Assembly: GCF_963921235.1 (NCBI RefSeq)
Contig: NC_086108.1
Location: 20,770,001 to 20,834,000 of the forward strand
DNA: 64,000 nucleotides
Reading direction: 5' to 3'
Origin: Mobula hypostoma
Lineage: Eukaryota
The notes beneath the pieces were generated by a model, which was not told the DNA's origin, did no database searches, and saw only the letters and a program-made list of their open reading frames with translations. Shown one piece after another: positions 1 to 14,101 of this stretch. A program made the translations under genes and the position numbers. Each line of letters begins with the position of its first letter. Positions within the stretch are counted from its first letter, which is position 1.

Positions 1-168
1 GGGTTCTGAAGTTTGACAGGCAGTTTGTGAGTAACAACAGAAACTGCAACTTTGTAGTATTTAGACTATTTCAGCTTTCCTGTAATTATTATTTTTCACA
101 TAATTGCACACATTTTTTAATCAATTGTTTTATTTCCAGTCACACATTTATTCTTTTAACTATTGTCA

Positions 169-180
169 CCACTAGGGGGC
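169..180 (+). promoter_or_regulatory. Candidate CTCF-binding core motif
   Basis: CCACTAGGGGGC in otherwise very AT-rich sequence matches the CTCF core CCASYAGRKGGC; motif match only. Confidence 0.4.
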
Positions 181-1029
181 TGCTGCCCAATCTATTCCAC
201 TGACAAATGTAGTCTGTTGTCCACATGTGTATTTTGAAAGCACACAAAGAATTATAAATTTTAAAGCAAGATATAAATTCTACGCGGTTGACATTTATTG
301 CCAGCATGGAATCTTAACTATTTAGCAAAAAATCAAATAGGGTTTTTCATGTCTTTTTGTCTTTTTATTAGTTAGTGAATATAAATTCAGGAAATATAAT
401 AAATTTGGAATTGAAGTCAATTCTCAAGTTAAAGCTTTCATTAGAGCTACCAGATTATTTGATGAGTGGTTCACAACATAATATCCTTATTCAGTCTAGC
501 CAATATGTAACTCCTGTATCACATTAATTTCCCATAAGGAAGTAAATAATGAAAAAAATAAAGCCTTATAAACTCTAACTTATCATTCTAGATTAAAAAA
601 AAACACAAATTAAAATTCTCACTCTGCAGCAGTGGGATTCAAATTAATGTCTCCATATGCTAGTCTTCTGGATAGAAGCCAGTATCCTAATCCTGTAGAA
701 CCACACTTAGATGGCATAATTTTGGTCAGAAATCTTCCTATGGAATATTTTAATTTCCCTCACTGAGAACATTTTGTCATTCCAGACTAAACACCACTGA
801 CCACATCCTCAAATAATTTGAGTTAGATTTCTAATTTACATTTAACTCTGCAGAATAAATATTAGCAGAAAAAGAAATTGCTTTCCAGTAAGTTACTGGT
901 GATGTTACCTTACAGTATTTCCTTCCAAAAGACTAACAAACAAAATATTTAGCAATCTGTTGCAAAAGTACACTAGCATCTACTCTATAAAGCAGAAAAC
1001 AACATCAGTATCCACAAAAACAAGACAAA

Positions 1030-1575
1030 GGCATTGAGTGTAAGAGTTGGGATGTTATGTTGCAGTTGGTGAGGCCATACTTGTGTATTGCAGAGTTTTA
1101 ATTAGTCAGTTATAGGAAAGACACAATTAAGCTGGAAAGAATGCAGAGAAGATTTATAAGAATGCTGTCAGGACTATATTACTGTACCTTACTATATTAC
1201 TCTTTGACTCAAGCGTCTGAGTTATGTAGAGAAATTAGGTAAGCTAGGACACGAGGGGTGACTTTATACAGGTATAAAATCATGAGGGGCATACAGAGGG
1301 TGTATGCACACAGTCTTTTTCTCCCGGAGAAGGAGAATCAAATATGTGAGGTTTAGGTTTAAGGTGAGAAGGGAAAAATTTAAAGGGGTGGTGAGTATAT
1401 TTAATAGACTCCCAGAGACAGTAGTTGAGGCGGATACAATAACAACATTTATAACGTCAGGAAAGGTTGAGGGATGTTGGCTAAACATGGGCAAATGGGA
1501 CTAGCTTTGAATGGGCATCTTAGCTGGCATGGACAAGTTGGACCAAAGGGCTATTTCTGTTCTGCGTGACTCTTA
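1030..1575 (+). mobile_element. Degenerate CR1 LINE 3' fragment
   Basis: Similar to the RT C-terminus and 3' end of the better-preserved CR1 copies in this window; ORF remnant FKVRREKFK...FNRLPETVVEADTI. Confidence 0.75.
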
Positions 1576-1601
1576 ATCCAAACCTACCACTATATTAGTC
1601 T

Positions 1602-1719
1602 CATACATCAAGGTTGCTGGTGAACGCAGCAGGCCAAGCAGCATCTATAGGAAGAGGTGCAGTCGACGTTTCAGGCCGAGACCCTTCATCAGGACTAACT
1701 GAAGGAAGAGTTTATCCTC
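1602..1719 (-). mobile_element. Short Penelope terminal-repeat insert carrying a hammerhead motif
   Basis: Nearly identical to the left arm of 56311-56520; flanked by direct repeat ATATTAGTCT (1592-1601 and 1720-1729). Confidence 0.8.
1661..1696 (-). ncRNA. Minimal type I hammerhead ribozyme motif, intact core
   Basis: Minus strand reads AGTC-CTGATGA-AGGGTCTCGGCCT-GAAAC-GTC-GACT: CUGANGA and GAAA boxes, GUC cleavage triplet, stem I AGTC/GACT, loopless palindromic stem III (ACGT). Confidence 0.75.
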
Positions 1720-3482
1720 ATATTAGTCTATCCTCATCAGCATCATGCAAGCTGGTGTCAATAAACCTCCTCATCAATGGTCATTCTGGCTTCTCTCTAA
1801 TGCTTAGGTTCCATCATTAGATTCTGCTTAAATATTGACTTCAATTTTGTGAATGCAGCAAATAGGAAAGCTGATAGGAAATAAGGACAAATATCACCAC
1901 AGACTGGCTTGCCTAGTGCAAATTAAGATAACTGTGAATAACCGTGAGTATTGGAAAGCAATCGTTCTTAGTGCCTGACCCCTGCTCTTCAGCTTTTTCA
2001 TTGATGACATTATCATCATTGAATTCCCTCATCATCAACTGCTGGATGTCATTATTTACCAGAAACTTGAACAAAGCCACTGGTATGGTGGAGAAAGCAC
2101 AATCAATGCTAGGCATTTTACAGTGGGTGACCCATGATCCAAAATGACTTTTCACCACCTAAAAGACAGAAATCAGGTACATGTAAATATATTCTTCACA
2201 CTTGCCTGAGAGTGCTACTTCAATGACACAAGATACTCAGCATCATCTAAGACATCATTCCCTCTCAGATACTGCTCAACATTGAACCCTGGTTTCTAAA
2301 GCCACAGAGCAACAGGTTTAAATGTTTCTTAACTGTCATGTCGAAATGCACTGACCATTTCCAGTGAACTGTTGTTAAATCTGATCATGTGTGAAGACAC
2401 AGTGCCTTGACATTAATGGTATAGGCAAACAGACATTGCATGGTAAATACTAGATGTAAAAACTAAACTTGATCCAATTAATCGATTATGCCAACAGTTT
2501 TACCCATCATGGGTTAGTTCTCAAAGTGTGCTTTCTCAAAAATTTGAAGGTTTAAATCTTGAGATGGTTTAAATGAGCAGAAAGTGAGTTGAGAACAGAA
2601 TAAATCTTAAACTGGAAAAGATTTATGTCAATATTTTTAAGAAAAATAAAAAGCAGACATAGAACATTCACATTAATGCACTCAACTTCACATTTTTATT
2701 CTGGCATAATATAGAAAGCATAGCCTTGTGATCATTTTTCGAATGGCAATTCCAACTGCATGTTATAATTTCTAAGTCATTGATGTTTCATTCCATTCAA
2801 AAGTGCGTGCACGCTTAGAAAGACTAAACAGCAATTCATATTTTTTTAAATGATGAAAGGAGTTAAATGAGAAAAGACAGACTCAGGAAATATCAAATTT
2901 TGACAAAATTACAATCAAACCCTTCACATCGATACTTTGTCCTTTAGTGGATTCAGTTTAAAATGAGGTTAAATCTCAAGATCTGGATATTCATTTATGA
3001 TATGAGTAAACCCCTTGGTCAGCGAAAGAAGTCAATGTTGTTTTGATTGTTGGTTCTAGTATTTTCCCACATTTCCCATCAATGGCAACCACAATTTGAT
3101 ATGGATTGGATGCCATGTGAACTAACTCTAATAGTTAAGAATCACTACCTTTATGAATATGTTACTCTGTAATTCTTTCACTAATATTTTTCTTGGATGT
3201 ATTCTCTGCAATTCTGTGTACTAAAACCAACAGTTAAAAAAACAAGCAATAAAATATTAAGTCTGTGTATTTTTTTCATGAAGGTGAGTCAAGATGTGCT
3301 GACATGCAAACTACCAACTCTGAATTTAAGGTTAAAAAACAATTTTATATCCTTAAACAGCATGGAATACTTGTTCTTGCTGAGTAAACTGAGCAAAATA
3401 CAATGATATAATTTTCAGATAGTAAGAAATGGAAAAGCTTACCCAGATATATGTAATTAGTGATCATTATCCCTTTACACAG

Positions 3483-3676
3483 GTCCATGGAAGGACTGCT
3501 ACCATGTTCGACAGACTGGATATGCAAACAGTGGCATGTATTTAATCAAACCAGAAGGCACAGAGAAACTAATCCAAGTCTGGTGTGACCATAGCCATGA
3601 TCAGGGGGGCTGGACAGTCATCCAGCGTAGGGTTGATGGGGCAGTCAATTTCTTCAGGAACTGGGATAACTACAAG
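3483..3676 (+). CDS. ANGPTL1: Angiopoietin-like protein 1, fibrinogen-domain exon (third from last coding exon)
   Basis: cag|...|gtaaat splice sites, 194 bp; (G)PWKDCYHVRQTGYANSGMYLIKPEGTEKLIQVWCDHSHDQGGWTVIQRRVDGAVNFFRNWDNYK; phase 0 end joins 25925. Symbol rests on nesting in RALGPS2 and the last-exon sequence. Confidence 0.92.
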
Positions 3677-5404
3677 GTAAATATTTTCAAAATTTTGTTC
3701 ACATTTATCCTGGAAATACAAGCTCAAGGTGAGTGACAACACACTTGAGCATTCATGATGACATATTTATGCTAGATTTGGGCAAGGTATTGTACAATGC
3801 ACAGTTTCCACATCGAAAGTAAGCCATTCTGCAGCTGCAGACAACCTTGCTTTTCTCAAATGGCAAAGGTTTTTTTCAAAATTCTATGCACGCAGATATT
3901 GACATGCCAGTGGAAACTAAATCAAAGGCTTCCAGAGGTACTCTAACAACCAAATGATGGAGAGCTCCATGGCCACAGACTAGTTTTTTTTTAAATATTT
4001 GTGCTGGCATCAGAAATGTTAAGCTTTAAAAGCCAACCTCTCCAAATTTCAGATGCACCAATTGAGATGCACATTTTTGTGTTGCATGACCCGTGGGAAC
4101 CATTTTCAGGCTTCAGTTTGAAAACTGTGCTATGCAGCATTTTATTTTTGGAGAGATTGAAATCATAGTCTTGTAATTTAGGACAACTCTTTAAAGTGTG
4201 TTTGTCACATATTTTCCAATGTTAGCATGTTCACAGATTTCTCTGAAACTGCAATTAATATAATAGTCAAAAAGCTTTTTCTTTTAAAAGTTATTCATAG
4301 GAATGTGGGTATTGATGACATGGCGTATCATCCACAATTAATTACCTTTAAATAATTGAAGATGGCACCTCAAGGTGTTTCTACAATGGATTCAGCTAAA
4401 TGGTCCAAGGATTTTCACTTAGCAAAGATGAAGGAGCAGACATGCATTTCAAATTTTAGAGTAGTGTGTGGCTTGGGGCAGAACTTGCAGGTGATGGCAT
4501 TGCCTGTGGCCAGGTAACAAAGGCTACTGTTGAGAGAGTTTGTTGAAGTAGCCTAGGCAAGTTTCATACTGAAGTTATGCTTAAAATTTGCCAAAAAGAA
4601 CTGTGAATTCCTGTTTTCTCTGCAGTACAATAGCAGAAACTACAACAATGCAGGAAATTATCCTCATTCAGATTCAGTTTATCAAAGTAGCTGTAATCTC
4701 ATTGATAACAGTAAAAAAAAACGTTTAACTTCAGAACAAAGACTGCATAGAATTCCAACTGACATGATATAATTAGTGGAACGAACATCATGCGTGGGTC
4801 AAAAGGATACAACTCCATTAAATCACAGGTACGTATAGGTCATATAACCACACAGAGTTCTACTAGATGTGGTTAGCTCAAAACCACCTGCTAAAATGTA
4901 CAATGAGTTTTGGTCCTGTTAGCCAAACCACTTACAAGTCAGACATCCCAAGTCCCGTATAAAAGGAGAATAATCAAACCGCTTGCCAACAACCATGAGT
5001 TCCAGTAATTCCTCAGCCAAGCCACTAGATTCAAACATACTGTCATGAAAAATCAAAGTGCAAAGAACTTGTATAGCACACTCATGAAAGCAAGTGCATG
5101 TTGAAGTGCTGTTATTCAAGGCAAAGGATTTAAGTAAACAAAAAATGTAAAGCTAAAACTGTTCAGATAACCACACAAGATACTGCTGGCAGAAAGAACT
5201 TGACATGGTACTACACCAAGTCATACTGGTAGAAAAAACAATTCTAAAGGATATTTTTCATGCTGACCATGTGATCTCTTAACACTAAATTTTCTTCTAA
5301 TGAAAGCCCTGTTTAGGCACTGCAGATTACTGATTTTTCTGAATAAATTCCTGCATTGTTTATCCAAGTTATAAGTCTCCATATTACAGAAGTTAAAACT
5401 TCAA

Positions 5405-7140
5405 ATTGGTTTATTACTGTCACATGTACTGAGGTACAGTTGAAAAATATGTCCTGTATACTGTTCATACAGATCAGTTCATTACAACAGTTCACTGAAG
5501 TGGGACTGTTAAAAAAAAAAATAGATTGCAGAATAAAGTGTTACAGTCAGAAAGGAAGTACAGTGCAAATAACCTATGAAGTCCAAATCCATAACAAAGT
5601 AGAAAGTAAGGTCAAGAGCCCACCTTACCATATTAGGGAACCATTCAATAACAAGATAGAAGTTGTTCCACTTGAGCCTGGTGAAAGTGCTTTCAAAGCT
5701 TTTATATCTCCTGACCATGGGAGTGGGGAAGGGGGAAGAGAGAATGTCCAGGGTGGGTGGCATTTATGATAATGCTCGCTGCTTTAACAAGCCAATGAGA
5801 AGTGTACAGAATCCAGAGCCCATGGAGTAGAGGTTGGTTTCATGATACTCTGTGTCATGTCTACAACTCTCTGCAGGTTCTTGCAGTCACAGGCAGGGAA
5901 GTTGCCATATCAAGCCATGGTGCCCCCTTATAGGATGATTTTTATGATACATCAATGAAAGTGGTGGGGGAGGGTCGAAGGAGACATGGGAAATTCCTTT
6001 AGCTTCCTGAGGAAATACAGGCACTGGTAAATGTTTTTGACCATGGCATCAATGTGGCAATTGGTGACGTTCAGTCCCAGGAACTGGAAGCTCTCAAGCC
6101 TCTTGTTCTCAGCACTGTTGATGTAAACAAGAGCATGTGGACCATCCCCATTCTTGACGTCAATGACCAGCTCTTTTGTTTTCCTGACACTCAGGGGAAA
6201 AGTTATTTCATGATACCATGTCATAAGGCTCTGCATTGCCTTCTTGTATGCTGTCTTGTCTTAATTTGAAATATGGCTAAATTGGTATCATCTGCAAACT
6301 AGTAGAATCTATAGTGTAGCTGGAGTTAGAGCAGAATCTGACTTGACCATACAGTCTTGAGTATATAGGATTAGAGTTGGGGGGCGGGGGCTGAGGACAC
6401 AGCTTTAGAGGGCACCAATGCTGAAAAGAATCATAGTGGAGCAGTTATCGTCTATCATTACTGAGTGTGGTCTATTGGTCAGTTGCAAAGGGAGATGTTG
6501 AGTCCCAACTCTACAAGTTTGGAGATGTGTTGGCTTGGAATTGTAGTACTAAAGAGAGAGCTGAAGTCAATAAGCAAGTCTAGCATAGGCATTTTTACTC
6601 TCCAGATGCTCCAGAGATGAGTGCACAACCAGGGAGATGGTACCTGCTATAGACCTTTACAGTAGTAGGCAAATTGTGGTGGATTGAGGCTGTCCAGGAG
6701 GCTGCAGTTAATACGTGCCATGACCAGCCTCTCAATGCACTTCGTGATAGTAGATAACTGCTGTCTTATGACTCTGATATTAGGCATTTTACCTTGTTAT
6801 TCTTAAGTAATGGGACAATATAGTGGTCTTCTTGAAGCAGGTGGAAACCTAAGACTGAAGTAGGGAGAGGTTAAAAATGACAGCAAATATTCCTACCACC
6901 AATTGATCAGTGTAGGATCTAATGACGCAACCGGGGACATCTTCCAGGCCTGATGCTCTTTATACGGGTTCATTCTCTGGAAGAGTGATCATACCTCTGC
7001 AACGGTGACTGTGGTTTCTGGTGCTTAGGGAAGGGATGTGCTGTCATCAGCAATGCTGTCCGACTTCATTCTGTAGACTGTTATAACATGCAAGCCCTAC
7101 CACAAATGACGGCTGCTCTGGGACTTGACTTTGAATTGGT
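5405..7140 (-). mobile_element. Degenerate Rex1/Babar LINE
   Basis: ORF remnant 5952-6236 (LSVRKTKELVID...FQFLGLNVTN) resembles the Rex1-type RT at 57151-58485. Confidence 0.75.
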
Positions 7141-7666
7141 ATCAGATCCTTCAGTCCAAACAATTCAGTTATTAACCTAATTTGAAATGTAATATAACAT
7201 AATTTACAAGAATTTCAGAATATCTATTGACAAGATTCAGCATAGTAGACTGGTCCAGAATGTTAAGGCACAAGGTATCTGAGGCAAGTTAGAGAGTCAT
7301 AGAGCACTACAGCCAAACTATCTTGCTGCCTAGTTTAAGTCCATACCCCTCCATATTCCTCCCAGCCATACAAAGTTTTTCACTATACTTTAGCATTTGC
7401 GACAATAATCAACAAATTTACTAGTTATTTTGCTAGTCCATGCTGGTTGTTTTGCACAAAACATACCCTATCCTACCGAACCTTCATGCAGAGCCAAGTT
7501 GTACACACTTGGTTGTTCATTAAAGATAAAATGCATTATTTGCAGTTAGTAATGCATGGATATCACTAGTACAGCTGATGGTTATTTTCTTAACATTCTT
7601 TTTAAAAATTACGTATCACATTGATTTAATGCAAATCCTTGTTAATGATGGCTCCATGAAGGTGAT

Positions 7667-9035
7667 CATTAGACCAAAAGACCATAAGACATAGGAGCAG
7701 ATTTAGGCCATTTGACCCATCGAGACTGCTCTGCCTTTCAATCATTGCTGATCCTTTCTCCCCCTCCTCAGCCCCAGCCCCTTGCCTTCTTCCTGTAAAC
7801 TTCGATGCCGTGGCCAATCAAGAGCCTATCAGTCTCCACTTTAAATACACCCAGTGACCTGGCCTTCACAGCTATGGTAACGAATGCCACAAATTTACCA
7901 CCCTCTGGCTAAAGAAATATCTCCAATATCTGTTTTAAATGGATGTCCCTCTATCGTAAGGCTGTGCCCACTTTCCTAGACTCCTCCACAAGGGGAAACA
8001 TCCTTTCCACATCTACTCTGTCTAGGCCTTTCAACATTCAAAAGGTTTCAATAAGATCCCCACCTCATCCTTCTAAATTCCAGTGAATACAGGCCCAGAG
8101 CCATCAAACATTCCTCATATGATAACCCTTTTATTCCCAGAATTGTCCTTGTGAACCTCCTCTAAAACCCCTCCAATGCCAGCACATCTTTTCTTTGATA
8201 AGGAACCCAAAATTGCTGACATTGTCCTATCTTCTCCTGTGTCACCAAGTACTACATAACCTCATACTTAACAATTGATTCCAACATCTTCCCAAGCACT
8301 GAGATCAGGCTAACTAGTCTATAATTTCCTTTCTGCTGCCTCCCTTCTTTCTTAAAGAGTGGAGTGACATTTGCAATTTTCCCATCCTTTGGAACCATGC
8401 CAGAGTCCAATGATTCTTGAAAGAATATTACTTATGCCTCCACAATCTCTACCTTTGCCTCTTTCAGAATCCTAGGGTGCTGTTCATTTGATCCAGGTGA
8501 ATTATGCACCTTTAGATCTTTCGGCTTTTTGAGTATCTTCTCCCTTATAATTGTAACAGCACTCATTTCTCTTCCCTCACACCCTTCAACACCTGGCACA
8601 CTGCTAGTGTCTTCCACAGTGAAGACTGATGCAAAATACTCACTTAGTTCATTTGCCATCTCGTTGTCCCCTATTATTATTTCTCCGGCTTCAATTTCTA
8701 GCTGTCCTATATCCACTATCATCTCTCTTATTTTTTTATACACTTAAAAAAGCTTTTCTATCCACCTTAATATTGTTTGCCAGCTTGTTTTCATACTTCA
8801 TCTTTTCAGTCCTAATGATTCTTTTAGGTGCTTTCTGTAGATTTTTAAAAGCTTCCCAATCCTCTATCTTCCCACTAATTTTTGCTTTATTGTGTGCCCT
8901 CCCTTTAGCTTTTACATTAACTTTGACTTCCCTTATCAGCAACAGCTGTACTATTTTGCCATTTGAGTATTTTACTCTGATTCTGGAATACATTCATCCT
9001 GCACCTTCCTTATTTTTTTTCCAGAAACTCAAGTC
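7667..9035 (-). mobile_element. CR1 LINE fragment with internal deletion near 8220
   Basis: 3' tail repeats (gaccataagacatag); ORF2 remnants LSEYFASVFTVED and SPGSNEQHPRILKE. Confidence 0.85.
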
Positions 9036-9774
9036 ATTAATTATTATATTGATTTGATTTCTATTCCCATTTAAAATATAAGGCCCCAGACTAGAGCATT
9101 TATTTAATTTTCTGCAGACAGCAGATCGCAGGATAATTGCTCATAGAGAGTAACAGGCCAGATTCAAAAGGTGAACGGGGCCTGTAGGGACTTCCTGCAG
9201 AACATTTGGGTCATTAGGCACTTGACAAGGACCAATATAAAAAAGTTCGGTTTAAGCAGAGTGTACATTGTTGAAGTAGGCCAGGGTTAGTGTGGAGATT
9301 TAAGGCTTTGGCTCAAGGGAGTTTGGCAAGGAGAAAAGGTTAAAGTAAGTTTCAAGTAAGTTTCTTTCTTTCATATTGGACAGTTAAAGCAATAGGATTG
9401 ATAGCCAGGACAGTGGAATGCTCCTCTTGTGGAATGAGGGGAGACAGGGTGACTACACCTACAAAAAGTGCATCCAGCTGCAGCTTCTTACAGACTCTGT
9501 TAGGGAACTGGAGCTAGAGCTGTATGAACTCCAGATCAAGGAGGTTGACTGATAGGAGATAGTTATACTTAAGTTGCAGGACACCAGTAACTGGGTGACT
9601 GTCAGGAGGAAAGGGGTTAGGCATCAAGTGTAGGATACCCCCGTAGCCATTCCCCTTAATAACAAATATATTATTTTTGATAATATTGGATTCGGGGGGC
9701 GGGGTTGCTAGCAGTGGAAAGTCATGGCAGCCATGTCTCAGCCACAGTCTGGCTGTGTGACTCAGAAGGGAAAC

Positions 9775-12665
9775 AGAATCAGAATCAGATTTGATATCGG
9801 AGGATGAGAGGTGATCTGACAGAGGTGTATAAGATGATGAGAGGCATTGATCGTGTGGATCGTCAGAGGCTTTCTCGCAGGGCTAAAATGGCTGCCACAA
9901 GAGGACACAGGTTTAAGGTGCTGGGGAGTAGGTACAGAGATGTCAGGGGTAAGTTTTTTTACTCAGAGAGTGGTGAGTGCGTGGAATGGGCTGCCGACAA
10001 CGGTGGTGGAGGTGGATACGATAGGGTCCCTTAACAGACTTTTGGATAGGTACATGAAGCTTAGAAAAATCGAGGGCTATAGGTAAGCCTAGTAATTCCT
10101 AAGGTAGGGACATGCTCGGCACAACTCTGTGGGCCAAAAGGCCTGTATTGTGCTGTAGGGTTTCTATCACTGGCACACGTCATGAAATTTGTTGCTTTGT
10201 AGCAGTAGTACACTGCAATACATAATCGTTTTAAAAACTATAAATTACAATACGAAATATATATTAAAAATTAAGTAAATAAGTCGCGCAAACAGAAAGC
10301 AAACAAGTAGTGAGGTGGTGTTCATGGGCTCATATCTATTCAGAAATCTGATGGCGAAGGTGAAGAATTGGTTCGTGAAACGTTGCGTGTGTGTCTTCAG
10401 GCTCCTGTACATCCTCCTTGATGGTAGCAATGAGAAGAGGCCATGTTCTGAGTGATAGGGGATCCTTAATGATGGATACTGCCTTCTTAAGGTATCATCT
10501 TATAGGTGTCCTCGATGCTGGGGAGGTTAGTACCTACGTTGGATCTGGCTGAATATACAACTTCCTTCAGCTTTTTCCGATCTCGTTCAAAGCCCTCCAC
10601 CCCCCATACCAGTCAGTGATGCAACCAGTCAGAATGCACTTCAAGTTACACATGTAGAAATTTGCAAGTCTTTGGTGACATTCCAAGTCTCCTCAAACTT
10701 CTATTGAAATATACCCACTGTAGTGCCTTCTTTGTAATTGCATCAATATGTTGGACCCAGGATAGATCTTCAGAGATGCTGCCACCCAAGAACTTGAAAT
10801 TGTTCACCCTTTCCACTGCTGATATCCCAATGAGGACTGGTGTGTGTTCCCTCGACTTCCCTTTCCCGAGACCAACAATCAATTCCTTGATCTTTCTAAT
10901 GTTGAATGCAAAGTTTTTGCCATGACACCACTCAACCAGCTGATCTATCTGACTCTTGTATGTCTGTTCGTCACAATCTGAAATTCTGCCAACCTGACAA
11001 ATTCTGACACATTCTGCCAATGTGTCATCAACAAATTTATAAACAATGTTAGAGCTGTGCCTAGCCACACAGTCATGGGTGTATAGAGAGTAGAGCAGTG
11101 GGCTAAGCATGCATACTTGAGATGTGCCAGTGTTGGTTGTCAGCAAGAAGGAGATGTTATTTTGGTCCGGACAAACATTGGTCTCCCAGTGAGAAGTCAA
11201 GGATCCAGTTTGGTTAGAACTATGAGTATGATTGTGTTTAACTCTGATCAGTAATCAATAAACAGCAGCTGACGTAAGGATTGTTATTGTCCCGGTCGTC
11301 CAAAGCCGAGTGGAGAACCAATGAGATTGCATCCGCAGTAGACACATTGTGGTGATAGGCAAATTGCAATTGGTCCAGGTCCTTGCTCAGGTAGGAGTTG
11401 ATTCTAACCATGACCAACCTCTCAAAACACTTCATTGCAGTAGTTGTAAGTGAAACTCAGCAATAGTTGCTGAGGCAACTCATCCTGCTCTTCTTGGGCA
11501 CTCGTATGATTGTTGCTCATTTGAGGAAGTTGGGAACCTCCACCTGCAGTGGTAAGATTGAAGATGTTCTTGAACACACCAGCCAGTTGGTTGGCACAGG
11601 TTTTCAGTGCCCTACAATGTACACCACCAGGACCTGACGCCATGTGAGGGTTCACCCTCTCCTTTTCGAAGTGTGCATAAAAGGCGCTGAGCTCATCTGG
11701 GAGTGAAGCAACACAGCCATTCATAAAGTTAGGTTTCGTCTTGTAGGAAGTAATGGCCTGCAAACCTTGCCAGAGCTGATGTGCATCCGATTCCATCTTT
11801 AACTTCAGTTGGAATTGTTTTCTCATTCTTAAAGCAGCCTTCCGTAGATCGTATAGTTCTGGATCACGTCTTGAATGCCACAGAGCTAGCTCTTAACAGA
11901 ATTGCGAATCTCCTGGTTCATCCACGGTTTTTGGTTTGGCTATGTTCTCAAAAGCACATAAATCCACACGTCTTGATCAAGTCGGAGACAGCTGTAGCAT
12001 ATTCATCGATATTCGAAGTTAAATCCCTGACTATTGTCAAGTCCATCAATTCAAAGCCGTTTTGTAAGCGCTCCTCTGCCTGTACACCAGAAACATAAGA
12101 ACAGATCAGACTTTCCAAAATGCAGGCATAGGATGGCAAGGTAAGGGTTCTTGATGGTGGTGTAACAGCGGTCGTGTGGGTTGGCTCCTTTGTTCCGCAG
12201 GTGATATATTGGTGGTAGTTGAACATAGACTTCCTCAAGCTGGCCTGGCCACAATGATGGGGAAGGCATCAAGGTTTTTCATGACTGCTGATCATTGTGT
12301 TCAGCTGCTCCAGTTACTGTCTGACAGAGGTGGAATGACACCGCTATCAGGATAACAGTGGATAACTCACTTGGCAGATAAATTGGATGACGCTTGACCA
12401 CTAGTTGTTTCAGGTCAGGTGACCAATACTGAGATAGAACTGCCATGTTTGTGCACCATGTTGAGTTCATTGTGAAACAAACTCTGCCTCTTCTATCTTT
12501 AAAAGACTCAGCTGTTCTCTTTGTGATCGATGGTGAAGCCCTCACACGGTGCACTGCGCCTGAAATGGTAAGAATTAGTCATGTTTCTGTGAAGCAAAGT
12601 ACACAGCAGTCCCTGATGTCCCTCTGGTACAACAATCTTGCTCTGAAGGCTTCAATTTCATTTTT
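9775..12665 (-). mobile_element. Rex1/Babar LINE inserted in the CR1, decayed
   Basis: (AGAATC)n tail at 9775; ORF remnants 10646-11200 (LSPLLYSLYTHDC...YKFVDD), 11238-11435, 11422-11826 and endonuclease piece DCCVLCFTET. Confidence 0.85.
9799..10167 (+). mobile_element. Young CR1 3' fragment inserted in the Rex1 tail
   Basis: MRGDLTEVYKMMRGIDRVD; flanked by TATC (9795-9798, 10165-10168); Rex1 tail is continuous across it. Confidence 0.85.
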
Positions 12666-14101
12666 AAAGTTAAAGGATAGGACCTCCAGGGTGATGATCT
12701 CAGGATTGCTACATACTAATGAGGCCAGAAATGGGAAGATCATACAGTTTAACACATGGCTAAGGAGATGGTATAGGAGAGAGGGGATAAAATGGTTCAC
12801 TCGAGGAACAGCTTTGTCATTTATGCATGGAGCCAAAAGAGATAGAGGAGATCTTAACTGCATTTTTTGCATCTGTATTTACTCGGAAGATGGACACAGA
12901 GTCTATAGAACCAAGGCAAAACAGTTGTGGATCGTGAACTGTATCCAGATTATGGAGGTGCTTTCTGTGTTAAGGCAAAATAGGATGGATGTCCCTAGGG
13001 TCTAACAAGTTGTCTGCTTGGATTCTGTGGGAGACTAATGCAGGAACTGCAGGGGCCCTGGCATAGGTATTTCAAAACATCAGTAGCCAAAGAGACCGTA
13101 CCAGAGTACTGGGGGATAGTTAATGTTGTTCCATTGTTCTGTAAAGACTTCAAGAATAAGCTAGGCAATTATAGGCCAGTGAGCCTGCCATCAATAGTGG
13201 GTAAATTATTGGAAGGTATTCTAAGGGTCAGGATATATAACTATGTGGACAAACAGAGCCTGATTAGTGGTATTAAACAAGGAAAGTTGTTGAAGGAAAG
13301 GCAGTGGACACTGCCAGGGCATAATCCCCTTTAATATGACGCACCAAATCATTGCTGGTACAGCCAATTGGTTTTAGAAGTCACATAATTAGTTAAATGG
13401 AAATCTGTTTTTGGAGATTTGTGTGCAGTTAAGATGTTTCAATTGATTATATTAAAAGTAAACCTGGAAATCCAACTGCCAGTGAGTCAGTATCCTGGCG
13501 AAAACTACACAATGAAGTAGAAAGAACATTCCAAGCAACTTCAAAAAAGGTTATTGAAAAGCATAACCAGGAGATGGATACAGGAAAATCTCCAAGTCAC
13601 TCAGAGTACAGTTAAGTCAGTCATCAAGAACTGGAAAGAATATGGCACAGCTGTAAATCTGCCTAGAGCAGGCTATCCTAAAGAAGAGGACTAGCGAGGG
13701 AGGCCACCAAGAGACCTATGACAACTCACAACTCTGGAGGAATTACAAGCTTCAGTGACTGAGGTGGGAGAGATTGTGCATACAACAACTGTTGCCCAGG
13801 TGCTTCACCAGGCATAGCTTTATGGGAAAGTGGCAAAGAGAAAGCCACTGTTGAATAAAGCACATGAAATTTCAGCTGAAGTTTGCCAGAAGGCATGTGG
13901 GAGACTCCGAAGTCAGCTGGAAGAAGGTCCTATAGTCTGATTAAACCAAATTTGAGCTTTCTGGCAATCAGACTAAATGTTATGTTTGGCATAAGCCAAA
14001 CACCGCACCTCAAAAATACACTATCCCTACTGTGAAGCATGGTGGGCTGTAGGGATGCTTCACTGCAGCAGGCTCTGGAAGACTCGTGAAGATAGAAGGA
14101 A

